This document shows positions 51,396 through 60,465 of a stretch of 64,000 nucleotides of DNA, one piece after another. The stretch covers positions 11,259 through 75,258 of the forward strand of contig CALRKO020000010.1 in the NCBI GenBank assembly GCA_943368105.1, in the 5' to 3' direction. A model generated the notes under the pieces. That model ran no database searches. It was not told where the DNA came from and saw only the letters and a list, made by a program, of their open reading frames with translations. The position numbers and the translations under genes are program-made. Positions within the stretch are counted from its first letter, which is position 1. Each line of letters starts with the position of its first letter. Source of the stretch: Chitinophaga pinensis (GTDB lineage: Bacteria; Cyanobacteriota; Cyanobacteriia; PCC-6307; Cyanobiaceae).

Positions 51396-52652
51396 ATGTC
51401 CGAAGCCCTTCCCGAAGCCCTCCCCGAAAGCCGGCCCCTGCCCCCGCCGGCCCCTGGCTCCGCCAGCCCGGGATCGGTGCGCCTGCCGGGGCGGCCGCCC
51501 GACCCCTGGGCCCACCCGCGCCAGCGCGCCTGGGTGGAGGTGGATGGCGCGGCGATCACGGCCAACGCCCGCGCCCTGCGGGCGACCCTGGCGCCCGGCA
51601 CCGAGCTGATGGCGGTGGTCAAGGCCGATGGCTATGGCCATGGGGCCCTGCCCGTGGCCCGCGCCGCCCTCGCCGGCGGGGCCCGCTGCTGTGGCGTGGC
51701 CACCCTCCAGGAGGGCCTGGAGCTGCGCCAGGCCGGCATTGACGTGCCCGTGCTGGTGCTCGGCAACCTCACCCAGCCCGAGGAGCTGCGCGCCTGCCTG
51801 CACTGGCGGCTGATGCCCACCCTCAGCGGCATGCGCGAGGCCCTGCTCTGCCAGAACATCGCTGCCGGCGGCGGCCGGCCCATGGCGGTCCACCTCAAGC
51901 TCGACACCGGCATGGCCCGGCTCGGCGCCCCCTGGCAGGAGGGGCCCCGGCTGGTGGAGGCCATCGCCGGCCTCGACGCGGTGCAGCTGGCCGGCACCTA
52001 CTCGCACCTGGCCGCCGCCGATGCCCCGGAGGGGGACGAGGCCCTCACCCGCCTGCAGCAGCAGCGCTACGACCAGGTGCTCACCGCCCTGGCGCAGCGG
52101 GACCTGGCCCCCGGCTGCCGCCACCTGGCCAACTCCGCCGGCACCCTGCGCCACCCCGCCCTCCACTACGACCTGGTGCGGGTGGGGCTGGCCCTCTACG
52201 GCCACCGCCCGGGGCCCCACCTGGGTGGCGCCGTGCCGCTGCGGCCGGCGATGCGGGTGCGGGCCCGGGTCAGCCTGATCCGTGAGGTGCCTGCCGGGGT
52301 GGGGGTCAGCTACGGCCACCGCTTCATCACCCGCCGGCCCAGCCGCCTGGCGGTGCTGGGCATCGGCTACGCCGACGGCGTGCCGCGGCTGCTCTCCGAC
52401 CGTCTGGAGGTGCTGTTCGGCGGGCGGCGGCTGCGCCAGGTGGGCGCGATCACCATGGACCAGCTGGTGCTCGATGCCACCGACGTGCCGGAGCTGGAGG
52501 TGGGCAGCGTCGTGACCCTGCTGGGGCAGGAGGGGGAGGCGGCCATCGGCCCCGAGGTCTGGAGCGAGACCTGCGACACCATCCCCTGGGAGATCCTCTG
52601 CGGCTTCAAGCACCGGCTGCCGCGGCTGGCGGTGGATGGGGCCAGCGGCTGA
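51396..52652 (+). CDS. alr: Alanine racemase
   Basis: RAWVEVD, MAVVKADGYGHG (PLP lysine), HLKLDTGMARLG, GVSYG, GYADG, VGAITMDQ. Confidence 0.96.
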   Translation: MSEALPEALPESRPLPPPAPGSASPGSVRLPGRPPDPWAHPRQRAWVEVDGAAITANARALRATLAPGTELMAVVKADGYGHGALPVARAALAGGARCCGVATLQEGLELRQAGIDVPVLVLGNLTQPEELRACLHWRLMPTLSGMREALLCQNIAAGGGRPMAVHLKLDTGMARLGAPWQEGPRLVEAIAGLDAVQLAGTYSHLAAADAPEGDEALTRLQQQRYDQVLTALAQRDLAPGCRHLANSAGTLRHPALHYDLVRVGLALYGHRPGPHLGGAVPLRPAMRVRARVSLIREVPAGVGVSYGHRFITRRPSRLAVLGIGYADGVPRLLSDRLEVLFGGRRLRQVGAITMDQLVLDATDVPELEVGSVVTLLGQEGEAAIGPEVWSETCDTIPWEILCGFKHRLPRLAVDGASG

Positions 52653-52670
52653 TAGGCTTTTCGGGCCCCT

Positions 52671-52759
52671 GGAGAGGTGGCTGAGTGGTTGAAAGCGGCT
52701 CCCTGCTAAGGAGTTACAGGAGGCAACTTCTGTCGAGGGTTCGAATCCCTCCCTCTCCG
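52671..52759 (+). tRNA. tRNA-Ser(GCT)
   Basis: GGAGAGGTGGCTGAGTGGTTGAAAGCGGCTCCCTGCTAAGGAGTT-long variable arm with GCAA loop-GAGGGTTCGAATCCCTCCCTCTCCG; TAGGCT -10 at 52653. Confidence 0.97.
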
Positions 52760-52764
52760 TTCCA

Positions 52765-52781
52765 GCCCTGAGCCTCAGGGC
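52765..52781. terminator. Inverted repeat between convergent tRNA-Ser and the serine hydrolase gene
   Basis: gccctgag-c-ctcagggc; no clear T tract. Confidence 0.35.
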
Positions 52782-52782
52782 C

Positions 52783-53808
52783 TCATCCCCCGGCCCGAGT
52801 CGTCCCGGCCGTGCCGCCCACGGACCCGCCAGCCTGCGCTGCTGCCGCGTCAATCCGGCAGCTGGCCGCCAGGGCCCGGGTCAGCTCCGGCAGCAGCGTC
52901 CCGTCCTGGGACCGCTCAGCCCCCTCGCTGAAGATCACCAGCAGGAAGGGCCGGTGGCCCTCCAGCTCCACGTAGGCGGCGTCGTGGCGGGCCTGGCTCA
53001 TCCAGCCGGCCTTGCTCCACAGCTGTGCCCCCGGCGGCAGGCCGGCGCCGATGAAGCCGTCCACCTGGTTCTCGGGGTCGGCGGCCCGCTCGGCCGGATC
53101 CAGGCTGCGCGCCAGCAGCGCCTGCATGCGGGCACAGGCCGGCGGCGACACCAGGGCGCCCGCCATCACCCTGTGCAGCACCCGGGCGGTGAGATCGGTG
53201 CTGAGGCGGTTGCGGTTCTCCAGCGCCGCCCCGTAGGACTGGCGCTCGCGGCCGTAGGGGCCGTCGCCCCAGGTCTTCTGGCAGGCGTTGCAGCCCTCCC
53301 ACTCCGGCCAGCCCAGGTCCGCGAACCACCGGTTCACCAGCTGGCGCTGGGCGCTCCAGCGGGCGAGGGCGGCCGGCGGCAGCTCCGGGCCGCTGCCGGT
53401 GCCGCTGAGCAGGTCCACCACCAGGCCGGTGGCGTCGTTGCTGGAGTGGCGGACCATGTCGGCCAGGGCGCGGCGCAGCTCGGGGCCGTCGGCGATCAGC
53501 TGGCGCTGCAGCCAGGCCTCGGCCGCCACCAGGTAGAGCAGCTTCACCACGCTGGCCGGGTAGCGGGGCCGCCCGCCGTTCCAGGTCGCCCCGGCCACGG
53601 GGCTCCGCCCGGCGGCCACCGCGTCGCTGGCGCCACCGCTGCCGGCAGCGCCACCGGCGGCGGTGGCGGCCTGGCGCGGGGATGCCCCGTAGCGCAGCCA
53701 GGTGACCGACAGCTGCTGGCCCAGGCCGGGGCGCCCCTGGGCCTCCAGGGCGCCGATCTGATCGGCGAGGATCCGCTGCATGGCCCCATCCGGGCTGTAG
53801 AACCCCAT
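52783..53808 (-). CDS. Serine hydrolase of class A beta-lactamase/PBP fold
   Basis: YPASVVK (SxxK), HSSND (SxN), WSKAG (KTG-like). Confidence 0.82.
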   Translation of the reverse strand: MGFYSPDGAMQRILADQIGALEAQGRPGLGQQLSVTWLRYGASPRQAATAAGGAAGSGGASDAVAAGRSPVAGATWNGGRPRYPASVVKLLYLVAAEAWLQRQLIADGPELRRALADMVRHSSNDATGLVVDLLSGTGSGPELPPAALARWSAQRQLVNRWFADLGWPEWEGCNACQKTWGDGPYGRERQSYGAALENRNRLSTDLTARVLHRVMAGALVSPPACARMQALLARSLDPAERAADPENQVDGFIGAGLPPGAQLWSKAGWMSQARHDAAYVELEGHRPFLLVIFSEGAERSQDGTLLPELTRALAASCRIDAAAAQAGGSVGGTAGTTRAGG

Positions 53809-53825
53809 CGCGGCCCCTGCTGGCA

Positions 53826-54626
53826 ATGGCGAGATTAGGCATGGTGAGGCCGGGCTCCGCCGCAGCGCAGCCCCTGCAGCCGGACCAGCCGGCGGCCCCG
53901 GAACTGCTGCGCCCTGGCAGCCGCTGGCGCCTGGCCGCGCCTCTGGACCTGCACAGCGGCCCCCGCGGGGCGGGGCTGGCCACCCAGGCCGCGGCGGGGC
54001 GTCGTCTGCAGGTGCTGGAGGCGGCGGCCGGGGCCGGCGGCGGCCCCCAGGGCCCGGACCGCCTGCGGGTGCGGCTGCTGGAGGACGGCTACTCCGGCTG
54101 GCTGGAGCCGGCGCAGCTGCTCGGCATCGCCTTCGCCAGCGGCCCCCACCGCCCCCGCCTGCTGGACGCGCCGGCCATCGCCGCCCGGCTGCCCCAGGTG
54201 CTGGCCTTTGCCGCGGCGGCCCAGGGGCGCCCCAACCGCTACCTCTGGGGCGGCAGCCTCGGCCCCGACTACGACTGCTCCGGCTTCCTCCAGGCCGCCT
54301 ACGCGGCCGCCGGCGTCTGGATCCCGCGGGATGCCTACCAGCAGGAGCGCTTCTGCCAGCCCGTGGCGGTGCGGCCGGGCCACTACGGGCTGCTGCGGCC
54401 CGGCGATCTGATCTTCTTCGGCCGGCCCCAGCGCTGCAGCCATGTCGGCCTCCACCTGGGCCGGGGCCGCTACCTGCACAGCTCCGGCCGCGAGCACGGC
54501 CGCGACGGCCTCGGCGTCGACAGCCTCGACCCCCAGGGGGAGGACCCGGTGTCGGTGCACTACCGGCGCGAGCTGCGCGGCGCTGGGCGGGTGGTGCGCT
54601 GCCACGACGGCACCCCCCTTCCCTAA
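53826..54626 (+). CDS. NlpC/P60 (C40) peptidase with N-terminal SH3-like segment
   Basis: YLWGG...DCSG, WIPRDAYQQ, PGDLIFFG, HVGLH...YLHS. Confidence 0.88.
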   Translation: MARLGMVRPGSAAAQPLQPDQPAAPELLRPGSRWRLAAPLDLHSGPRGAGLATQAAAGRRLQVLEAAAGAGGGPQGPDRLRVRLLEDGYSGWLEPAQLLGIAFASGPHRPRLLDAPAIAARLPQVLAFAAAAQGRPNRYLWGGSLGPDYDCSGFLQAAYAAAGVWIPRDAYQQERFCQPVAVRPGHYGLLRPGDLIFFGRPQRCSHVGLHLGRGRYLHSSGREHGRDGLGVDSLDPQGEDPVSVHYRRELRGAGRVVRCHDGTPLP

Positions 54627-54661
54627 GTTGCTGCGGCAGTTGCTCCGAGCCGGCCGCCCCG

Positions 54662-55714
54662 ATGAGCGAGCACCCGCCGCACCAGCCCCGTCCCGCCGCC
54701 ATGGCCGGCACTGCCATGGCCGGCGCCGCCCCAGCTGGCACCGCCCCTGACGGCGCCGCCCTGGAGCTCTCGGTGGTGGTGCCCCTCTACAACGAGGCCG
54801 AGAGCCTGCCGCTGCTGGTGGAGAAGCTGCTGGCGGCCGTGCGGCCCCTGGGCCGCCCCTTTGAGCTGGTGCTCGTGGACGACGGCTCCAGCGATGCCAC
54901 CGCCGCGGTGCTGAAGCAGCTGGCGGCGGCCACCCCCGAGCTGGTGGCGGTGCTGCTGCGCCGCAACTACGGCCAGACCCCCGCCATGGCGGCCGGCTTC
55001 GACGCCAGCCGCGGTGCCGTGATCGTGACCCTCGATGGCGACCTGCAGAACGATCCGGCCGACATCCCGATGCTGCTGGCGGAACTGGAGCGGGGCTTCG
55101 ACCTGGTGAGCGGCTGGCGCCACCAGCGCCAGGACAACGCCGTGAGCCGCCTGCTGCCCTCCAAGGTCGCCAACCGCCTGATCGCCAGGGTCACCGGCGT
55201 GCGCCTGCACGACTACGGCTGTTCGCTCAAGGCCTACCGCCGTGAGCTCGTGGAGGACATGAACCTCTACGGGGAACTGCACCGCTTCCTGCCGGCCCTG
55301 GCCTTCATCGAGGGGGCACGGATCAGCGAGGTGAAGGTGAACCACAGCGCCCGCCAGTTCGGCCAGAGCAAATACGGGATCGATCGCACCTTCCGGGTGT
55401 TGATGGACCTGCTCACCGTGTGGTTCATGAAGCGCTTCCTGACCCGGCCGATGCACGTGTTCGGCTTCTGGGGGCTGGCCTCGATCGGCCTCGGCCTGGT
55501 GCTCAGCCTCTACCTGGTGGCCGAGAAGCTGTTCGCCGATGCCGACATCGGCAATCGGCCGCTGCTGCTGGTGGCGGTGCTGGCCCTGATCGCCGGGGTG
55601 CAGCTGTTCTGCTTCGGCCTGCTGGCGGAGCTGCAGATGCGCACCTACCACGAGAGCCAGGGCCGGCCGATCTACAGGGTGCGCGAGACGTTGCGGGGCA
55701 GCCTCGGCGGCTGA
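54662..55714 (+). CDS. Family 2 glycosyltransferase (GtrB/ArnC-like, C-terminal TMs)
   Basis: SVVVPLYNE, VDDGSSD, RRNYGQTPA, LDGDLQNDP, DYGCSLKAYRR, GELHRF. Confidence 0.9.
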   Translation: MSEHPPHQPRPAAMAGTAMAGAAPAGTAPDGAALELSVVVPLYNEAESLPLLVEKLLAAVRPLGRPFELVLVDDGSSDATAAVLKQLAAATPELVAVLLRRNYGQTPAMAAGFDASRGAVIVTLDGDLQNDPADIPMLLAELERGFDLVSGWRHQRQDNAVSRLLPSKVANRLIARVTGVRLHDYGCSLKAYRRELVEDMNLYGELHRFLPALAFIEGARISEVKVNHSARQFGQSKYGIDRTFRVLMDLLTVWFMKRFLTRPMHVFGFWGLASIGLGLVLSLYLVAEKLFADADIGNRPLLLVAVLALIAGVQLFCFGLLAELQMRTYHESQGRPIYRVRETLRGSLGG

Positions 55715-56208
55715 GCACCCGCCGCCGGCGCCTGGCTGCGGCCGCGGAAGGCCTCCATGGCCCGGGCCGCCAGGCCTGCCACCACCGGGTCGGCGTCCCG
55801 CAGCCCGCGCCGCACCAGGGGCAGGGCGGCGCGGTCGCCCCAGGCCAGGCACTGGGCCAGGGCCCGCTGCCGGGCGGGGCCCGCGGCGGCGAAGTCGGCC
55901 TGGAGCCGCCGCAGCAGGGCGGCGCGGCCCCGGGCATCGCCGGGGCGATCCAGCGGTCGGTCCAGGGCGAGGGATGGATCCGGTGCAGCCACGGGCGGGG
56001 TGATCGGGGCTGCTGCGGGCGCGTCGCCGGCTTCAGGCCGGGCCGCCCCGGTGCCGCCCTCCGCCACCAGGGCCATCTGGGCCCGGTTCAGGGCCGCCAC
56101 GGCCGCGGCGTCGGTGGAGCGCATCAGCGCCGGCCGGCGGCGACCCAGCAGCCAGGTGGCCACCAGCAGGGCGGAGACGACGACGGCACCACCGAGGGCC
56201 TGGGACAT
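55672..56208 (-). CDS. Hypothetical membrane-anchored protein with a HEAT-like repeat
   Basis: N-terminal hydrophobic helix; C-terminal ALPLVRRGLRDADPVVAGLAARA HEAT-like pattern. Confidence 0.6.
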   Translation of the reverse strand: MSQALGGAVVVSALLVATWLLGRRRPALMRSTDAAAVAALNRAQMALVAEGGTGAARPEAGDAPAAAPITPPVAAPDPSLALDRPLDRPGDARGRAALLRRLQADFAAAGPARQRALAQCLAWGDRAALPLVRRGLRDADPVVAGLAARAMEAFRGRSQAPAAGAQPPRLPRNVSRTL

Positions 56209-56321
56209 GGCGGGCTAATGGAACGGGCGGATTGAACTTTTATGTCGCCACCCAGGCCGCCCAGGAGCAGCCTCGGAGGTGATCCGTACAGTGCCGACGG
56301 TAGCTGTATTGGCCCACGCTG

Positions 56322-56438
56322 ATGACCGGAGATTTCGCCGCCGCCTGGTTGCCCTCGGTGTTCGTGCCCCTCGTCGGGCTGCTGGGCCCCGCGGTGGCCA
56401 TGGCCCTGCTGTTCAACGTGGTTGAAGCCCGCGACTGA
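56322..56438 (+). CDS. psaI: Photosystem I subunit VIII
   Basis: Not in the track; manual translation MTGDFAAAWLPSVFVPLVGLLGPAVAMALLFNVVEARD. Confidence 0.95.
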   Translation: MTGDFAAAWLPSVFVPLVGLLGPAVAMALLFNVVEARD

Positions 56439-56480
56439 TCCGCCGCGCGTCCAGCCCAGCCCACCGATCCCTCCCCACCG

Positions 56481-56972
56481 ATGACCGTGACCCCCGTCGC
56501 TGACCCGACCGTCGGCAATCTGGCCACCCCCGTCAACAGCAGCTACTTCTCCCGGGCGTTCCTGAACGCGCTGCCGGCCTACCGCCCCAGCCTGTCGCCC
56601 AACCGCCGTGGCCTGGAGATCGGGGCGGCCCACGGCTTCTTCCTCTACGGCCCCTTCGCCATCACCGGCCCCCTGCGCAACACCGACTACGCCAGCACCG
56701 CCGGTCTGCTGGCCGCCATCGGCCTGGTGTCGATCCTCACCGTGGCGCTGTCCCTCTACGGCACCGCCGGCACGGGCCCCAGCGTGCAGCCGGCCGATGC
56801 CACCATCGACAACCCCCCGGCGGACCTGTTCACCAAGGCCGGCTGGGCCGAGTTCGCCAGCGGCTTCTGGCTGGGCGGCACCGGTGGCGCCGCCTTTGCC
56901 TGGTTCCTGGCCGGCACCACTGTGGTGGCGCCCCTGGTGAAGATCGCCGGCGGCGTCTGGAGCGTCGGCTGA
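56481..56972 (+). CDS. psaL: Photosystem I subunit XI
   Basis: [44 protein letters not shown]. Confidence 0.98.
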   Translation: MTVTPVADPTVGNLATPVNSSYFSRAFLNALPAYRPSLSPNRRGLEIGAAHGFFLYGPFAITGPLRNTDYASTAGLLAAIGLVSILTVALSLYGTAGTGPSVQPADATIDNPPADLFTKAGWAEFASGFWLGGTGGAAFAWFLAGTTVVAPLVKIAGGVWSVG

Positions 56973-57006
56973 CTCCGCCGACCAGCCAGCGGCCCTGGCC
57001 GTGCCG

Positions 57007-57029
57007 ACCCCGCCACGGCGGGGTTTTTT
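57007..57029 (+). terminator. Rho-independent terminator after psaL
   Basis: ccccgc-cacg-gcgggg followed by T6. Confidence 0.85.
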
Positions 57030-57091
57030 GCTGGCCGCGTCACGGCCGCCTGTCGTCTGCGCTACACAGGTCAGAGTCTCCGGCAGCGCCG

Positions 57092-57562
57092 ATGTCCCGC
57101 AGCTTGCTCAAGGCCCTGATCGGCGAGCGGCGTGGCGGGACCGACCGGCGCCAGCAACAGGTCGCCCCGTCGGGGCCGGAGCGCCGCAGCGGCGAGTCGC
57201 GGCGGCGCGAGCGGATCCGCCGCGCCCACCAGCGGCGCCTGGCCCCGATCGGCGCCGGGGCGGTGCGCGCCGTGCTGGTGCTCGATGGTGGCCTCGAGCT
57301 GCGGGGCAGCCTCTGGGACCTCAGTGAGGGCGGCCTCTGCCTGGCGATCCCCGGCCACCTGGCGGCCAGCTGCGGCGACGGCGGCCAGGTCACCCTCTAC
57401 GACCCCGTCAGCCCCGAGTGCGTCGCGCTGTCGGTGGAGGTCCGCTGGCTGGGCAGCCAGAGCCACGATGCCTTCCTCGGCCTGCGCTTCAGCGGTGCCA
57501 CCCCCCAGCTGCAGCCCGGCACCTTCCTCGACGACTACCTGGACCGCCACTGGAGCGACTAG
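57092..57562 (+). CDS. Stand-alone PilZ-domain protein (c-di-GMP receptor)
   Basis: RRAHQR (RxxxR) and WDLSEGGLCL (DxSxxG); C-terminal VEVRW...FLGLRF beta-barrel pattern. Confidence 0.82.
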   Translation: MSRSLLKALIGERRGGTDRRQQQVAPSGPERRSGESRRRERIRRAHQRRLAPIGAGAVRAVLVLDGGLELRGSLWDLSEGGLCLAIPGHLAASCGDGGQVTLYDPVSPECVALSVEVRWLGSQSHDAFLGLRFSGATPQLQPGTFLDDYLDRHWSD

Positions 57563-60330
57563 GCCCGCATCCCCCGCGGCCGCGGGCCGCTGACCGCCGC
57601 GCCGGAGCGCTCCCGCTGCAGGTAGGCGATGAAGGCCTCCGGCTCCAGGGGCGTGGCATGGAGGTAGCCCTGGATCTCGTCACAGCCCTGCTGCTGCAGG
57701 AAGTGCTGCTCCGTCAGGCACTCCACCCCCTCGGCCAGGGTGCGCATGCCCATGCCGCGGGCGATGTTGATGATCCCCGCCACGATGGCGCGGTCGTCGG
57801 CATTGCTGTTCAGCTCGCGGATGAAGGAGGCATCGATCTTGAGCTTGTAGGCCTTGATCTGACGCAGGTTGCTCAGGGAGGAATAGCCGGTGCCGAAGTC
57901 GTCGATCGAGAAGCGGATGCCGAGCCGGCTCAGTTGCTGGATCGTGCGCTTGGCGGCTGACGGGTTCTCCATGGTGGCCGTCTCGGTGAGCTCCAGCTCC
58001 AGCCGGTCGGCGGGCACGCCGGCCTCGGCCAGCAGGGCGGCGGTCTGCTCGGCCAGGTCCGCCTGGCGGAACTGCAGGGCCGAGAGATTCACGGCGATGC
58101 GGGGCGGGTCCAGGTCCGCGTCGATCCAGGCCCTGAGCTGGCGGACCGCCTCCCCCAGCACCCAGGTGCCGATTGGCAGGATCAGGCCGTTGCGCTCCGC
58201 CACCGGGATGAACTCCGCCGGTGAGACGGCCCCCAGCTCCGGATGCTGCCAGCGCAGCAGGGCCTCGGCCCCGAGCACGGCTCCGCTGGCGGTGTCCACC
58301 TGGGGCTGGTAGACCAGCCGCAGCTCGCGGCGCTCCAGGGCGAAGCGCAGGGCGTTGGAGAGCTGCATGGTGCGGGCCGTGCGGGCCTGCAGTTCGTCGG
58401 TGAAGAAGCGGTGGCTGTTGGGCTGGCCCCCCTTCACGTCGTGGAGTGCCAGGCTCACCTTGCGGGTCAGCAGATCGCGGTCGCTGCCGTCCTCCGGGGC
58501 CACGGCGATGCCGATCGAGGCCGTCACGACCACCTCATGGTCGCCGTCGCGCCAGGGCTCGGCCACCGCCAGCTGCAGGGCACTGGCCAGGATCGCCGCG
58601 TCGCGCGCCTTGAGCTTGGGCAGCACGATCAGGAACTCATCGCCGCCCACCCGGGCGATCACATCGGAGGCCCGCAGCGTCCGCCGCAGCCGCCTGGCCG
58701 TCTCCACCAGCAGCCGGTCGCCGGCCTCGCTGCCCAGGGAGTCGTTGATCATCTGGAAGCGGTCCAGATTGAGCAGCATCACGGCCACTGACTCCTGCTC
58801 CCGCAGGCAGCTGTTGAGCACGAACTGGAATTCCTGGTTGAGCAGGTCGCGGTTGGCCAGCCCCGTCAGCTGGTCGAAGTGGGCCAGGCGCTCCACCTGC
58901 TGCTCCGCCAGCTTGCGGGGGGTGATGTCGCGGGAGACCCCGTGGAATTCCGGCCGGCCGCTGGAGCCCCGCGGCACCAGGGTGATGGAGCTCTCGACCC
59001 ACACCGTTCGCCCGTCGCGGTGGCGCAGCTCCATCTCCTCGAGCGGGTAGCTGATCGGGCTGGCGCCCAGGCCGCCCTTCAGCCAGTGGCCGTAGTCCAG
59101 CTGGCGCTGCCCGCGCCAGTGGCGGAACAGCGGCCCGCAGGCCCGCAGCGGCAGCCCACCCAGCACCGCCGCGGGCGGGTAGCCCCAGACCTGCTGCACC
59201 GAGGGGCTGAAGTACAGGGGGCGCAGGCTCTCGGCCTCGATCCGCCAGACCACGTCGTGGATTGTCTCGGTGAGTTCCCGGTACTGGCGTTCCCCCTGCA
59301 GCACGGCCAGGCGCAGCCGTTCCTGCTCGGCGTCGCGGGCGAAGCGCTCCAGGGCCAGGTCCAGGGCGGCCGCCATGTCCAGCAGCAGCTCCTGCACCGC
59401 GGGGGTGAAGGCGCCGGCCTCACCGGCGTAGAGGGTGAGGGCCCCGACGCCCAGGCCGTCCCGGTGCAGCGGCAGGGAGGCGGAGGCGCGCCAGCCGTAG
59501 CGGGCGCCCCGACCATGCCAGGGGGCGGTGGCGGGGTCGTGCTGGAAGTCCTGGCACCAGAAGGGCCGGTTCTCGCGGACCGCGGTGCCGGTGGGGCCCT
59601 GGCCGTAGGGGCTGTCGGCGGCGCGGGAGATCTGGATGTCGGTGAGGTAGTCGGTGCCGTCGCCCGCCCAGGCCAGGGGCCTGACCCGATCGCCGCCGGC
59701 CTCCACCAGACCGATCCAGGCCATGCGCAGCACCCCGGTGCTGATGGCCTCCTGGCAGATGCGCCGCATCATCTCCGCCTCGCTCTGGCTGGTGAGGATG
59801 GCGGTGTTGCAGCGGCTGAGGACGGTATAGAAGCGGATCTGGCGCTCCAGCTCCTCGGTGGCGCTGCGGCGCGCCTGGATGTCGCGGGCGAGCACCACGA
59901 AGGCCTCGGCGGGACCGGGCCCCGCCGGTTTCCGGGCCAGCGAGAGCTCGAACCAGCGCTCCCCCTCCGCCAGGGGCAGGCGGATCTGCTGGCCCTGGGA
60001 GCGGCCCTGCCGCTCGGCCTCCGCCAGGGCCCGCAGGCAGGTGGTCGCGGCCTCCGGCGGCATCAGCTCGGCGAGGCTGCGGCCCAGCAGCTGCTCCCGC
60101 GGCGCCACCAGCAGCGCCGGGTCCGCCGCCTGCACCTCCAGGCAGCGGCCCTGGCGGTCCAGCTCGAACAGCAGGTCGGGCATCGCCCGCAGGGTGGCCA
60201 GGGCCTGGGCTTCGGGGGCACCCAGCTGCCCCTGGCGGCGCTGCCGGCGGAGTCGCAGCGCCCGGCCCCAGCCCAGCAGTCCTGCGCCGGCCGCTGCCAG
60301 TCCGCCGACCAGGGCCAGGGCGGGATCCAT
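57559..60330 (-). CDS. TM-PAS-GAF-PAS-GGDEF-EAL protein; probable c-di-GMP phosphodiesterase
   Basis: RASD I-site plus GGDEF at 58633-58647; AEALLRW, DDFGTGYSS, KIDASF, AEGVE, QGY all present. Confidence 0.93.
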   Translation of the reverse strand: MDPALALVGGLAAAGAGLLGWGRALRLRRQRRQGQLGAPEAQALATLRAMPDLLFELDRQGRCLEVQAADPALLVAPREQLLGRSLAELMPPEAATTCLRALAEAERQGRSQGQQIRLPLAEGERWFELSLARKPAGPGPAEAFVVLARDIQARRSATEELERQIRFYTVLSRCNTAILTSQSEAEMMRRICQEAISTGVLRMAWIGLVEAGGDRVRPLAWAGDGTDYLTDIQISRAADSPYGQGPTGTAVRENRPFWCQDFQHDPATAPWHGRGARYGWRASASLPLHRDGLGVGALTLYAGEAGAFTPAVQELLLDMAAALDLALERFARDAEQERLRLAVLQGERQYRELTETIHDVVWRIEAESLRPLYFSPSVQQVWGYPPAAVLGGLPLRACGPLFRHWRGQRQLDYGHWLKGGLGASPISYPLEEMELRHRDGRTVWVESSITLVPRGSSGRPEFHGVSRDITPRKLAEQQVERLAHFDQLTGLANRDLLNQEFQFVLNSCLREQESVAVMLLNLDRFQMINDSLGSEAGDRLLVETARRLRRTLRASDVIARVGGDEFLIVLPKLKARDAAILASALQLAVAEPWRDGDHEVVVTASIGIAVAPEDGSDRDLLTRKVSLALHDVKGGQPNSHRFFTDELQARTARTMQLSNALRFALERRELRLVYQPQVDTASGAVLGAEALLRWQHPELGAVSPAEFIPVAERNGLILPIGTWVLGEAVRQLRAWIDADLDPPRIAVNLSALQFRQADLAEQTAALLAEAGVPADRLELELTETATMENPSAAKRTIQQLSRLGIRFSIDDFGTGYSSLSNLRQIKAYKLKIDASFIRELNSNADDRAIVAGIINIARGMGMRTLAEGVECLTEQHFLQQQGCDEIQGYLHATPLEPEAFIAYLQRERSGAAVSGPRPRGMRA

Positions 60331-60465
60331 CTCAGCCCCTGGACCAGGGCCGGGACCTCCGGTGGGGTTGGGGGCGGGCGGCCCCCGGGGCCGCGGCCCC
60401 GGAGAAGAGCGAGGACATCGAAGTTCCGGCCCGGGCAGAACTGGAATCTGGCCCCGACTGTCCCC

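Noticed and set aside
51399-51432. In-frame micro-repeats (alr SEALPEALPES; prfA AELAELAE near 49896-49921; rplX KAKAK)
   Set aside because: They are short slippage duplications in flexible termini or coiled coils, with no frameshifting or phase-variation potential evident.
52740-52760. tRNA 3'-end duplications (att sites) marking an island at tRNA-Ser, -Gln or -Arg
   Set aside because: I found no second copy of any tRNA 3' end in the window, and the flanking genes are core. One beyond the right edge cannot be excluded.
60331-60465. c-di-GMP riboswitch or ECF promoter (GGAACTT on the - strand) in the GGDEF spacer
   Set aside because: No c-di-GMP-I/II consensus elements, and no matching -10 at ECF spacing.
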